A stretch of DNA of 61,996 nt, counting the filler, from Dugesia japonica (taxonomy: Eukaryota): assembly GCA_001938525.1 (NCBI GenBank). It is 6 parts of 6 records of this genome, joined end to end, with 100 filler letters (N's around TTAATTAATTAA, not from the genome) between each part and the next. Parts side by side here need not be neighbours in the genome. Positions count along the whole stretch, not along the records: positions 1 to 11,012 come from MQRL01569382.1; positions 11,113 to 20,458 come from MQRL01615195.1; 4 more parts are not named here. One strand, 5' to 3'. Both the position numbers and the translations under genes were made by a program. Positions 1 to 12,094 of this stretch are shown one piece after another; the first letter of the stretch is position 1, and each line of letters starts with the position of its first letter. Under the pieces are notes generated by a model. It was not told the DNA's origin. It saw nothing but the letters and a program-made list of their open reading frames with translations, and made no database searches.

Positions 1-195
1 CCAAAAATTAATGTTCAAACTGGTCTTTCTAAATCTTTATCGAATGTTTTTAATTAATTTGATTTATTAGAGAGCATAATTGTTTACATAATAAGAATTT
101 TTCATGTATAATTATTTTTAAAAAATTGATTAAAAAAATGAAAAAAAGAAATAAATATTGTTTAAATAAGAGAATTTTCAAAAAAAATATTATTA

Positions 196-240
196 TTGTA
201 TCCGAAGATGACACTTATGCTGTCGAAACATGTAATGCAG
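196..240 (+). ncRNA. Minimal type I hammerhead ribozyme (Penelope-type), variant core CCGAAGA
   Basis: ttgtat-CCGAAGA-t-gaca(cttatgc)tgtc-GAAA-catg-TA-atgcag: helix I ttgtat/atgcag, helix II gaca/tgtc, palindromic ACATGT in place of helix III. Confidence 0.65.
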
Positions 241-769
241 AAATATATATTTACATTGCGTTACAAAATTTAAATATAATATAAATATTGAAAATAAACT
301 TAAATAATTGAAAATTGATTTTAATCGACCGGCTACTTAAATACTTTTGATAAGGTATTAAGTATTACTTTAGTAGAGTGTTATATTTAAATCATTTGAT
401 TTCGATATATAAATTTGTAAATGTAAATTTTAATTATTTTATTTACATAAACATGAATTTAAAAATATAGAAAAATAGTGAACCATAAAAAACTNNNNNN
501 NNNNNNNNNNNNNNNNNNNNNNNNNNNNNNNNNNNNNNNNNNNNTGTGAAGTATTGATGATTAGATCTTATGTTCCAAAAATTAATGTTCAAACTGGTCT
601 TTCTAAATCTTTATCGAAAGTTTTTAATTAATTTGATTTATTAGAGAGCATAATTGCTTACATAATCAGAATTTTTCATGTATAATTATTTTTAAAAAAT
701 TAATTAAAAAAATGAAAAAAAGAAATAAATATTGTTTAAATAAGAGAATTTTCAAAAAAAGAATTATTA

Positions 770-814
770 TTGTATCCGAAGATGATACTTATGCTGTCGA
801 AATATGTAATGCAG
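770..814 (+). ncRNA. Second copy of the minimal hammerhead ribozyme
   Basis: Same layout as 196-240 with two substitutions (gata, tatg). Confidence 0.55.
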
Positions 815-1399
815 AAATATATATTTAAATTGCGTTTCAAAATTTAAATATAATATAAATATTCAAAATAAACTTAAATAATTGAAAATTGATTTGAATC
901 GACCGGCTACTTAAATACTTTTGATAAGGTATTTAGTATTACTTTAGCACAGTGTTATATTTAAATCATTTGATTTCGATATATAAATTTGTATATGTAA
1001 ATTTTAATTATTTTATTTACATAAACATGAATTTAAAAATATAGAAAAATAGTGAACCATAAAAAACTTTCATTTTGCAGCTTCGTCATTATTTCAATCC
1101 CATGGCAGAGAAAAAAAACGATTTTCCTGTGCACAATATCGTATGCGACATAGGCTGAAAATAAATTATTATTAAAAGTAACAAGACAATTCATTGTTAA
1201 GGTATCTATGTACACCGCACAGAGACAAAGATTGCCCAGAGTTAAACAATCAAGCCTGATTGGAAAGATAGAGGAAGAATTCAAGGAGATGACAAAATCG
1301 GAATAGTTTGAACCACCAAATCAAATGCATAATATGTACCAAGTAACAAAATCTGAAGGCCGTACAATNGATAATTTCACAGATTTATATGTTAAGTAT

Positions 1400-2780
1400 T
1401 GTAATCCTGTTACTCGGACCAAATTTAATGATCATATGCGAAAAGATTTGATAGAACATGGACCTAAATAAATTGAGTAGTTTGATTTTCCTAAAGACAT
1501 TATGAAAAGAAAATTCTCAAAAATTCACTACAATCTTAGATGTGTTAATGGAGAAGAAATTTGCAGACATTGGCTGTGGTATTCTGTAAGTAGTAGCTAT
1601 TTTTATGATTTATGCTGCAAGTTGTTTCACCAGTAAAACAGTGATTGCGTCGTCTCTTTCTGATAAAGGTTCACATAATTGGGATAACATGTCCGCAATT
1701 CCATCAGGGTATAAGATAAACAGCAAGAAAATTTCTAATCATGGAAAGAACTTGAGCTTTGACTGTGACACATCAAAAGAAAATAATGTTGAACATTTAA
1801 GTCTCATAAGGAAAAACAGTATTTGCAGTAAATTTTGAAACACTTATTAGAATACTTATGATAACGGTAACTCCCTGGAATTTCTGGAATCGCTAACTTT
1901 GTTGACCCAATTATGAATAAGCACCATTGAAAGATAAGTAACAATGAGAAACATATACATTACAAAAGCAAAAATTTACATAATGACTGATTAAACTATT
2001 ATCCAATACAATCAAACAAAGATTTCTATCTTCTGTTTGTGATGCTAAATCCTTTTCAATTATTCTAGATTGCGTCTAAAGAAGACAACTGGAACTGGTA
2101 TGACTGATATCATTCTTTGAAAATTCAAAATGATGTCTTATATATCGAGAATTTACGCCGTCAAGGATATGACAATGGCAACAATTTGAAGGGAAAAGAC
2201 AATAGTGTCAAAAGAAGGATTTAGGATGTCAATCGCATAGCATTATTCGTTACTTGCTGTGTACATACCTTGAATTTGGCTATTTTTATTTAAAATGTTA
2301 TTTAAAAGCAACAGCCTTCTTTGATTTAGAGCAATTTATATATTTTATTCTGCAGAAATATGTTTTTGGATAGTTGTAAATCGGCATGTTTTTAATCTCA
2401 ATGTTAAATCACTGAGTGATACAAAGTGAAAAAGTCGAAATGATGACTTGAAACTTATTTGTTATCAGTTTGGTAGTACTGTGATGCTCTGACAGAGTTT
2501 GTGGATACAAATTTAACAGGAACATTTGGCAATACATCAAGAATAAATGCACGAGTTATTGCAAAAGTCATTTCTAGTTTTAGGTTTGTTATTTCTTTGG
2601 TAATGTGGTATGACATGTTGTTTGAGTTTAACAACTTTAGACAAAAGAACTAGATATAAATCAATCATCTGGATGACCCAAAGAAGTTTCTCGTAAACCA
2701 GAGAAATGACACGGAGTTTGAGAAAAAGCTGGTAAATGCAGCTTAAATTGAAGTCATTTTAGAGATACCAGTCACTCCCA
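1400..2780 (+). mobile_element. Decayed hAT transposase (ZMYM1/Tip100-like)
   Basis: Broken frames give RHWLWYSVS, FSIILDC and RQGYDNGNNLKGKDNSVKRRI*DVNRIALFVTCCVHTLNL (hAT DDE and CxxH motif); many stops; ends approximate. Confidence 0.8.
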
Positions 2781-2784
2781 GAAT

Positions 2785-3505
2785 AGTTGAATTATCCAGT
2801 CCACTTATATTCATTCCTATCATTTGACTAGATACTGTAGCTCTACGTTGACCATTTAATTATTTATTTATGTGGCAAAAGTCATATTTTCCAATGTAGT
2901 CCTCAGTGTTCGCTGTCATATTTGGCCAAAAATAATCACGAGTAATAAATTCTGCACATTTTTCTATTCCAATATGATCGAGACCAGAATGGAATTGATT
3001 TATTATTTCTTCTCTTTTAAAAGGTTGGAAAATCATGCGAATACAAATAAAGAATATCTCTTTTAAGGCGTAATTCCTATCTTAATTTCCATAATTTTAG
3101 ACATTCATCTTTATTCATTATTTCACTGAGGTATTCCTCCGCACTTCTGACCTTCCTTCATTAATTTAGTAATTAAACTACACTCGTGCTTTGGTATATT
3201 CTTTAGTAACACGCTAAATAATCCTTTTTCAGGATCATTGGATAAAGCTAATTTTGAGTTTTGTTTTACAGTATTTATAAAATCGTCATCATAAACTTTG
3301 GTGTTGCGTTTCTTTTTTGGATCAGAGTGTTTTAGTACGCATTGTCCCTAATGTGACAATCGTGACAATGTATTTGCATTGATGTGATCCTTGTCTTTTC
3401 TAAAAACCACGTTTATATAATAAGCTTTCAATTCTGTCAGGCAAATGCAATACTCGGATGTGTTCGGATTAACTATGTTCAGCAACTATTTTAATGCTTG
3501 TTATA
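2785..3505 (-). mobile_element. Gypsy pol remnant (RNase H end plus integrase zinc-binding region)
   Basis: Minus-strand INVVFRKDKDHINANTLSRL and GLDHIGIEKCAEFITRDYFWPNMTANTEDYIGKYDFCH. Confidence 0.75.
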
Positions 3506-3770
3506 AATGTTTGTTATATAATGTTTGTTATAAAACATTGAATTTTTAAAATTTCCATTATTATCAAAATTTTCAATCTTATAATTATTCCAACTGTTTA
3601 ATTTTAAATCTTCCACAAATTTCACTCAAATTAATTTTAATAATTATGAAATTCATATTAAATTAATTTTAAAAATGAAATTATTTTTTTAACATTTATT
3701 TGAAAACTCGAAAAATATTGGCAACTTTTTTATAAAAATAAAAGAACACCATTTAACAAAATATTTATTT

Positions 3771-3813
3771 GTTAAAATTAATTTTGATGGACTAAGCGTC
3801 TTCATCGGGCAAC
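3771..3813 (-). ncRNA. Degenerate hammerhead ribozyme (inverted partner of 4054-4096)
   Basis: Minus strand gttgc-CCGATGA-agacgcttagtccatc-AAAA-ttaattttaac; core and helices are mutated. Confidence 0.45.
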
Positions 3814-4053
3814 TAATGATTATTAAAACAAGTATAAANTATTATTGTGCAAAAAATCTTGTGCAAGGAATTTAATAATTATTGAGAGAGAGTGTGATGT
3901 GTGAAACATTTTTGATAAGAGCATTTAATCCTAAAATTAATGTTCAGTTGACGGATTCAACATTACTCTTAAAATTATTTTATTGATTATTTATTGACAT
4001 TGCATAATTGAAAGTATACAGTCATTCAAATTTTATGAATAGTTGTATGAATA

Positions 4054-4096
4054 GTTGCCTGATGATGACGGTTATTCCGTCGAAATTAATTGCAAC
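4054..4096 (+). ncRNA. Minimal type I hammerhead ribozyme with intact core
   Basis: gttgc-CTGATGA-t-gacgg(ttatt)ccgtc-GAAA-ttaa-TT-gcaac: perfect 5-bp helix I and helix II, palindrome AATTAATT at helix III. Confidence 0.85.
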
Positions 4097-4389
4097 AATT
4101 AAATATTTTGTTAAATGGATTTTATTTTAAAATTATTCCATAAATTATTTATTTATAGTTATTCCAAATTTTCAATTAATTTTAATACAAATGAAATTCA
4201 TATTAAACTATTTTTAAAAAATTAAATTTCATTATTTCNNNNNNNNNNNNNNNNNNNNNNNNNNNNNNNNNNNNNNNNNNNNNNNNNNNNNNNNNNNNNN
4301 NNNNNNNNNNNNNNNNNNNNNNNNNNNNNNNATTACAGAAAAGTCGTTTGAAAAGCCAATGGAAAAGGAAGAAACATTATATTTACAAA

Positions 4390-5291
4390 CGATAGTAAGT
4401 TTATTGATATTTTGTTGGGTATTGTTTCATCTTGATAATAGAGGACAATCTTCGTGGCATAGAATCAACGAGTCTGTGACTAAAGGAAGTGGGTATATTA
4501 TACCATATTTTTTGTAACTCCGCCCACATTTCATCAGAGGTCTCAAGGCATTCATTTTGATCTTTATGAAATGCCTCAAATTTTTGATCGGATTGGCATC
4601 AGGAGAATTTGCCGGCTAATTTAATATATCAATTTGACGTTCACTGAGAAAATATAATGTTGATGCAGATCGATGGCAAGGAGCATTGTCGTGCTGCAAT
4701 ATGAACCTACGCAGATGGAAGACCAAGCACTTGCCAACTAGGTCTATGTCATTGAAAATCTTGTTTTGATAGGTTTCAGAATTCAACGTACCCTGTATTC
4801 GTTTCAAAATTCCCACACCGATTCGTGAAAAGCATCCCCAAACATAGATTTGCACACCATATTGAATAACCTTCTTAGTAAAAATAGGACTTAATCTTTC
4901 AGGTTGAAACCGCCTAATTCTATGGGAGCGACTATGACTATATGTGCGAAACATTGATTCATCACTGAAAACAACATGTGCCCATATATCAACATCCCAT
5001 TGCTGTTTAGATATCGCCCATTGTAATCTTTTTTTTCTTTGCTTATCATTGATCAACGGCTTGCTAACAGCCGGAAGACTTCTTAATCCGTACTTATTGA
5101 GAATGCGGTAAACTGTGCATCTGAACACATGTTGAATGCCACCCATGTTACAAGTACGTGCAATTTCCGTCAACGACATGCTTCAATTTTTCAGGCATAT
5201 GCGTCGAATAAATAGATTAATTTTGGTGGTCTTCCACTGCGTTTCCAGTCCACATACATTTCTTCGGCCTTATATTTATGGACAATCTTTT
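4390..5291 (-). mobile_element. Tc1/mariner (Tc1-type) transposase pseudogene
   Basis: ORF 4616-5179 has VVFSDES, VWGCFS and LQHDNAPCH, and continues *PANSPDANPIKNL (WP.SPDLNPIENL with W->stop and catalytic E->K); RSGRPPK motif upstream; bounded by gaps. Confidence 0.9.
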
Positions 5292-5615
5292 NNNNNNNNN
5301 NNNNNNNNNNNNNNNNNNNNNNNNNNNNNNNNNNNNNNNNNNNNNNNNNNNNNNNNNNNNNNNNNNNNNNNNNNNNNNNNNNNNNNNNNNNNNNNNNNNG
5401 TGTCATATAATATTAAATACATTTAATATAAGTTGATAACATTTTTAAAAATATTATTTACTATATATTGCAATTTATATTACTTAAACAAATTGAAAAA
5501 ATTTTATAATTACAATTATTGTGAGAATAATTGTTGGACTTAACCATTGATCGCATTCGAGATTTCATTAAAACAAGAAAAAGCTTCAATCAAAATAAAA
5601 TTTATTTGTAAAAAA

Positions 5616-5649
5616 GTTCAAATTTTCGACAATAGTCTTCTTCAGTAAC
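5616..5649 (-). ncRNA. Probable minimal hammerhead remnant (PLE terminus)
   Basis: Minus strand gtta-CTGAAGA-a-gac(tatt)gtc-GAAA-at-TT-gaac, with one helix I mismatch. Confidence 0.5.
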
Positions 5650-6334
5650 ATGTTCGCTTCTTGAGATATTCAATACAATAGATCTTTGTTACTAAATTCT
5701 TCAAATTTTATCGAAATTTTATTGGTTTATTTTTTTTTAACTTTTAATTTTAATGATTTTAATTTTTATTTTTAAATCAACTCAAAAAATTTTCAAAAAA
5801 AAAAAATTTATTAATACAGAAAAGTCTTTTAGATATTATAAATATATTATACTTAGAATTTTTAAATTTTAAAAATTTTATTTTATTTTGTGTTTTTTAT
5901 ACATATAATTTATGTTATAAATATTATTTTTTATAAATTTCTTTTTTAAAATTCATTCAAAAATGAACTAATTTCACACAAAATTATAAAATTTATTTTT
6001 TTTGAACTAAAACTTTTTAAAATTTCTTTAAAATTATTATTAGGACAACTAATTAATATATTTAATTAATATTATTAATATTATATTTAATTAATATTAA
6101 TTCGTTTTTTAAATTTTTTATATAAAAAATATATTTATTTTAAAAATATTATTTATATATAAACTTTTTTTTAATCAATGATATTTTTTTTCAAATATTG
6201 TAATTATTGAACACTACATTAATCTGAGGTTTATCTTCTTTAATTAATATTTGTAAATAAAATTAAGAATTTCTATTGTTTTATTGGTGGATATAATGTA
6301 TATTATTTGTTACATAAAAAAAGATATGACTTAC

Positions 6335-6823
6335 CATACTATTGTAAATAATGTGAGCACCTTGGAATGATATGTATTGTCCATATTGTTCGAGAAAATT
6401 TATAATATCTGCAACTGTAGTTTCTAAAGGCATACCTTTGATTCTAACAAAAGTTCTTCCTAAATTAAGTTGATCAAGACATGGAGAGTTAATGACTGGA
6501 ATTTGATTTGGTAAAAGTGATATAAGATTTCCATTCATTGAAATTGTGGCTAAAATAGACGGATCGTCAATTGCCGGTGGAGAAGGAGCTGGAATCAACA
6601 CTGAATTCATAACTTGATTAACTTCGGCCGGTGTTGATTTGAATAATTCAATATAACGATTCCCGATATTTTCTCGGTGACTTTTCAATGCTTCCTCAGC
6701 GATTTCTTCACTTTCAAAAATGACAAATGCGTCTCCCGTTGCACGTCCGTCTTTGTGGTTGACAAAGAGTATCCCATCCACTCCGAATTCAACTTGACAA
6801 TTTGTTGAAGTAAAAAATTCCAA
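6335..6823 (-). CDS. ESRP1: Internal coding exon of an ESRP/fusilli-family splicing regulator (qRRM2 and start of qRRM3)
   Basis: GILFVNHKDGRATGDAFVIF...HRENIGNRYIELFKSTPAEVNQV and VRIKGMPLETTVADIINFL...GAHIIYN. Acceptor tttag at 6824-6828, donor GTAAGT starting at 6334; 489 nt, phase 0-0. The symbol denotes the family (ESRP1/2, fusilli). Confidence 0.9.
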
Positions 6824-9800
6824 CTAAATAAATATTCATAAAACTATAATATGAAAAAGAAAACAGTAAACTGAGTTAATTATCAATTCACCAGAATTAA
6901 TGGCAAATTTTCCATACATTTCCTTTTATCTTTTAATTTTAATAATTTAAAACTGATTTAAAGAAATATTTTCGTTAAAAAAAATTTTAAAAATTAATTG
7001 AAATTAATTAATTCTGAAAAATTAAAGAAAAAAATAAATGAATAAAATATTTGCCAGTAACAAATTATATAAAACTTTCTATCAAGATTAAATATACTAT
7101 AAATTCACAACAAAAATCAAGTAGAAATCGTTTAATTCTAAAAATCCAAAAATAAAACTATTTTTAAATAAATAGATTAATAATTAATTATAATTTATTG
7201 GTAATATAATAAAATAACTGTATGATATAATAATAACGAGATATTCCATTACCAATTTCATTGAAAGAAAATTCGTTATCCAATCATTCTATGAGGGACC
7301 ATAACAAGCATGCATACAAGATATTTATAAGACCAGTACACCAGCAAGGTAAGACGATACTACATAAAATTTGTTAACAAATGTGCTTATACTGATCCCT
7401 CAGCCATTGATCTATTATTATTATTATTATAATTATTGTTCTTCTTATTGTTGTTATTTGTAGAAGTGCACCATAAAGAACCATTTACCATCTTTCACCG
7501 TCATTAAGACCATTGAAATTTTATTTAGTTAAATTCATAAGTTGTGTGAAGTTTGAATTTGACTTTGTTTATTTTAATAATAATTTTGAAAATTATTTTT
7601 AAAAAAAGAATAATTAATTACCACGTTATATTTATTTTCGTTAATTTCAAATCGCCTTGATTAGTGTAATCGTTAATAACCATTAATAAAAAAATTGTAA
7701 TCCCACTTCTGTCACAATGTTTGCAAGTGTTTATTTACTTTCATACGTTGAAAAAAATCTGTACTATAAATAACGCGAGTGGAATACAATAATAATAAAT
7801 ACACGTGTAATTTATAATTAAAATATGTGATGATGACACATGAATAAATTTACAAAAACTATTAGTTAAATTTAAAATCTCACAACTCTCCATAAATATT
7901 TATTGATTATTACAAGTTTTTTGATTTTAATTTTAAAATACTTTTATTTTACATATATCTTTAATTTATTTTTAAACATAATTTCATAAAATAATTTTCA
8001 TAATTTTGCATATTATAATATATAGAATTTATTTAAATAATTTATATTTTAAAAATTTGTTTTATTTTTTTGCAATTATATTTGAAAGTTTCAAAAAACC
8101 AATTTTCAAATTATATATAAAAATTAAAAAATCTCAGATATTTGAAATCCACGAATCACCCTTACGGTGTCAAATTTTTATCAGATGAAAATCTTAATTT
8201 ACAAGTTTTTAACTATTATTTAACGCTAATAATTTAACACAACACTCAGAATTCCAATATTAAAACTAAAACAATTTTAATTTAATTACTATTTAAATAA
8301 AAAAATTATAATTAAAAATATAAATATACAAATAATCAAAATTTTTCTGTATCAATCTGTCCCTCTCAATAATATTAATGGGAAAACAATTTTGTCATTT
8401 TATTAACAATTTAAAAAAAAGAATTGTATTTTATTGAATTTTAACTGTACGGTTCATGTAACAAATATCACCAAATGCTATCACGAAGCACCATTGAATT
8501 TTATGATACTTCGGTGATTGTTATAATATTCGGTACATTTATTTTGTTCATAAACGAAACTTTAAAAAAATTATATGGTAATTTAATAATTTATTTTCCC
8601 TCAAGAACATTTAGTATATATTTTTTAGATATCCGTTAATTTATATATAATTCATTATAATCATTGTTAAGAATAAGAATTAATATTTTTTTTGATTTTA
8701 ATAAATTTAAAAAGTTTAATCTCGATTAGTTCATTTGTTTTTAATCCGTTATGAATTGCGAATTTGGCTGAATTTTATTTGATGTAAAATGAAAATTTTG
8801 TGTTTTTAATTATAACAATCTAACAAAATAAGAGATTAATTTTATTTATTTAACTAAAAATTTCTAAATCATTTCCAAAATTTGTAAAAATATTTTGATA
8901 AAATTATTTCTGATCCAGTAAAAATACTGTTAAGTAGTACTTTATAATCAGAAAATCGTGATGAATTTGGAATTTTCTCAAAGTATATTTTTTCAAATAA
9001 TCTAAAATCCAAAGCTGTCGGCAAGTAATATGCTTAGTAGATTCGATGGAAACACAAAATGTTGTAATTTTTAAAATTTAAAATATTTATTTTTTATTAA
9101 TAAGCAGTTCGGGCAATAGGCTTTATTTTACTAATTTATTTTCAGAGTACATTATTTCTTCAATTTCTTTTTTTATAACTTCACATTTCATATTATTTAA
9201 CGGAAATCTAAATTGTCGAGTTTTGAGAGAGATTGAGAAAAGAATTATAAGGAAGCAGATTTAAAACTTTGTGATGGAACTATTCAAAGTGGGTAATTGT
9301 GGTAGACTGTGGGTAGTATTCTGAAAACGTTGGTATTCTAATAAAAATACGAGGAATACGAAAGCAAAGTCAGTGGAAATCCAAAAAATTTTAAAAAATT
9401 AATTGAAATAAATAAATTTTTATAGGCTTTTTGAAAATGTTTTATTTATTCATTATAATGTAAAATTAAATTCATAAAAAATCTTTTAAAAAAAGAATTG
9501 ATTTTTTCAATTAAAACTATTAATTTCCATTTTCGTCTAAAACAGTAAAATATGTTTTCCTTATAGTTTTTTGTTTGTATTTTATTATATAAAAACACGC
9601 CGAATATTCCGTAAAGTTTTAATCGGAACCATTTGAAATCCATATTGCTCTTTGAGACACTGAAACGATTCATTGACTAGAAGTTTATTTTTTGATTTTT
9701 CAAAAATTTTTCGACTGATCTTTATGATTCAAATATCAACAGATATATTACTTTAAGATACGCATTTCTTATAGCTTTATTATTTAGTGAAAATTGTCAA

Positions 9801-10114
9801 AAAGTTATCCTTAAAATTGAGACTCCTAAAAGACATTAGAGTTTTTTCATCTATTTTTGTTTTTAATTTGATTTATTAGGACCTGCTGTTTATTCATCCG
9901 CTAGAATAATTCCAAAAATATGTTTTGAGCTACTAATTAACGAGAATTACGAAAGTTATTAATTATTTTTGAGTTTTTATTTAAATAATTAATTTAATAG
10001 TAAACCACACCTAAAAATTACTTGATATATTAGAAAGTAATTCAAAGTAGAGCCAACTCAATACACCTATACTACTTTCAAAGCGTCTTTCATTTCCGAA
10101 TTTTCCATTAGCTA

Positions 10115-10770
10115 ATGGATATAATCACAAAAATGATTTATAATAATCTAAGGAGTACTCTAAACAAACTGTGCTCAACATCAAATAATGACCAAGAAGA
10201 ATACATAAACAATAATCAAGAAAAAATAACTATAAAACTACCATTCTCGGAAGGATCTAAATTATTAAGATGCTTCCTCGTGAAATATTTTGATGAAAAT
10301 AAATTTCGATTTATTTTCACTTCAAAGAAAACCTCAAGTTATTTAAGCAACAAATCTTCTACACCAAAAGATTTGCTCACTAACCTAGTTTATCGATTTA
10401 ATTGTAACGGGTGTGATGCCATGTACATTGGAGAGACAAAACGTCATCTTTGCACACGTGCTAGCAAGCATATGCAATTGAGTAGGAAAAGTTCGGTTTT
10501 AGATCATACCTGTTGTTGCAAAAATAGAAAAAGCCAAATAAGCATTGATGAGTTTACTGTTTTGAATAGCGGTTTTGGTAACTATTTTGAAAGAATTGCG
10601 TGTGAGGCTTTTAGAGTTGGGTTGCATAATCCGATTACTATACTCAAATTGACACACATTTACTTTTAAATTTATTTTAATTTTATTTTATTGTATTGAT
10701 TACGTGACAGGTTTTATTGGCCAGTATATAAACAATTTCCTTATTTTAGAGCAGTAACTGATGATGGACA
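10115..10770 (+). mobile_element. Penelope-like element 3' fragment (GIY-YIG endonuclease)
   Basis: KLPF...LVYRFNCNGCDAMYIGETKRHLCTR...H...EAF...NP; a disrupted hammerhead half CTGATGA lies at 10758-10764. Confidence 0.85.
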
Positions 10771-11012
10771 TAGATATATATATGAGATATTTGATCAATT
10801 TTTACCTATTGTAGTTGATTAATACTTGGGAGATACTGTTCAGAGCCAGAAAAAAATCAAGGATTTAATTAGGGCAATAATTATTTGTAAATAGATATTT
10901 TAAACATTAAAGTTCAATAAACATATTGTTACATAAATGAAAAAAGCATTTGCATTCACACTATATTAATTAAAATTCCAATTCCAGATTAGTACTGTAC
11001 TTTTGAATAATA

Positions 11013-11112
11013 NNNNNNNNNNNNNNNNNNNNNNNNNNNNNNNNNNNNNNNNNNNNTTAATTAATTAANNNNNNNNNNNNNNNNNNNNNNNNNNNNNNNN
11101 NNNNNNNNNNNN
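11013..11112. other. Artificial contig spacer
   Basis: 44 N + TTAATTAATTAA (stops in all six frames) + 44 N. Confidence 0.95.
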
Positions 11113-11203
11113 AATGATTTAACGCTGTTTTAGTAGTTAACGTCACTGTTAGACTGCAATTAATAAACTTTTTGACGGTAAATTCAATCAAAGTCAGAGG
11201 TGC

Positions 11204-11387
11204 TTTTATACCCCGACTACTTTTCCATTGGCTAACTATTTTTGTTTTTAGGTTCTTTCGTTTTATTGGTGTTAACTCTACAACTCTTTAATTTTTCGAG
11301 TTTTTCTCCGATTCCATTGGTGCCTATTTTTGTAGCACCTGCTGAATTTTCGGGCTTTGTTTTTCGTTTATCTTTTGGCTTCATTGG
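11204..11387 (-). promoter_or_regulatory. Pol II promoter, four CCAAT boxes plus TATA (probable LTR U3)
   Basis: ATTGG on + at 11227, 11265, 11316, 11383; TTTTATA at 11204-11210; same geometry as 46198-46397. Confidence 0.6.
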
Positions 11388-12094
11388 CCGATTCTAAACC
11401 CTTCTTTCCCGACCTTTCCGATAGAGATAACACTTTCCTGTTGCGAGAATCTATTCCCCCGTGTTATTCCCGTTCTGAATTTTCTTTCCAGGGCTTCCTC
11501 CGGTTTTCCTGAACCAGTATATTCCCTTTTAACCGATTTTTTGCTCAATTAAATTTCTTTTTCCCCCACAAAATTAATTAATTTATTTCGAAATTTTATA
11601 ATTACTATAATGTTTTTCTTGTTATTTCATCATAAACTAATATTTCTTTAATCAATTATTTGATCCTGTCNNNNNNNNNNNNNNNNNNNNNNNNNNNNNN
11701 NNNNNNNNNNNNNNNNNNNNNNNNNNNNNNNNNNNNNNNNNNNNNNNNNNNNNNNNNNNNNNNTATTAATTGTTCCATCTTCCACGTTTTAGTACTTCTT
11801 AATAACCCATATCTGGGCCCTTGAGTATATTTTCTGCCATGATCGGATGTTTCACCCCACCACAATAATAGAAAAAAAATTGGACAATGATTTATTGCCA
11901 CATATCTTTTCAATTCAATTCAAATAATGAGACAATTAAATTTTTCGACAATTCGACAGAAGTTGTTAACTTAAATAATTAAATAAGTAATTCGATTAAT
12001 TTCATAAAATAAAGTAGAAAATGTAAAAAATCAAATAATTAAATTGAAATTAATGACTTAATTGAATATATTAATTAATTTAATAAAATATATT

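Larger units (their letters stand above)
1..1068. repeat. Two ~494-bp near-identical direct copies (1-494 and 575-1068) either side of an N gap, containing a Penelope-like element 3' end
   Basis: ccaaaaattaatgttcaaactgg starts at 1 and 575 and the copies align up to aaccataaaaaact with scattered substitutions. 545-625 translates CEVLMIRSYVPKINVQTGLSKSLSKVF, like the C-terminus of a PLE GIY-YIG endonuclease. Confidence 0.8.
3750..4120. mobile_element. Penelope-like element terminus: GIY-YIG tail flanked by inverted hammerhead-containing repeats
   Basis: 3750-3815 is an inverted copy of 4051-4118; ETFLIRAFNPKINVQL lies between them on the + strand. Confidence 0.7.
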
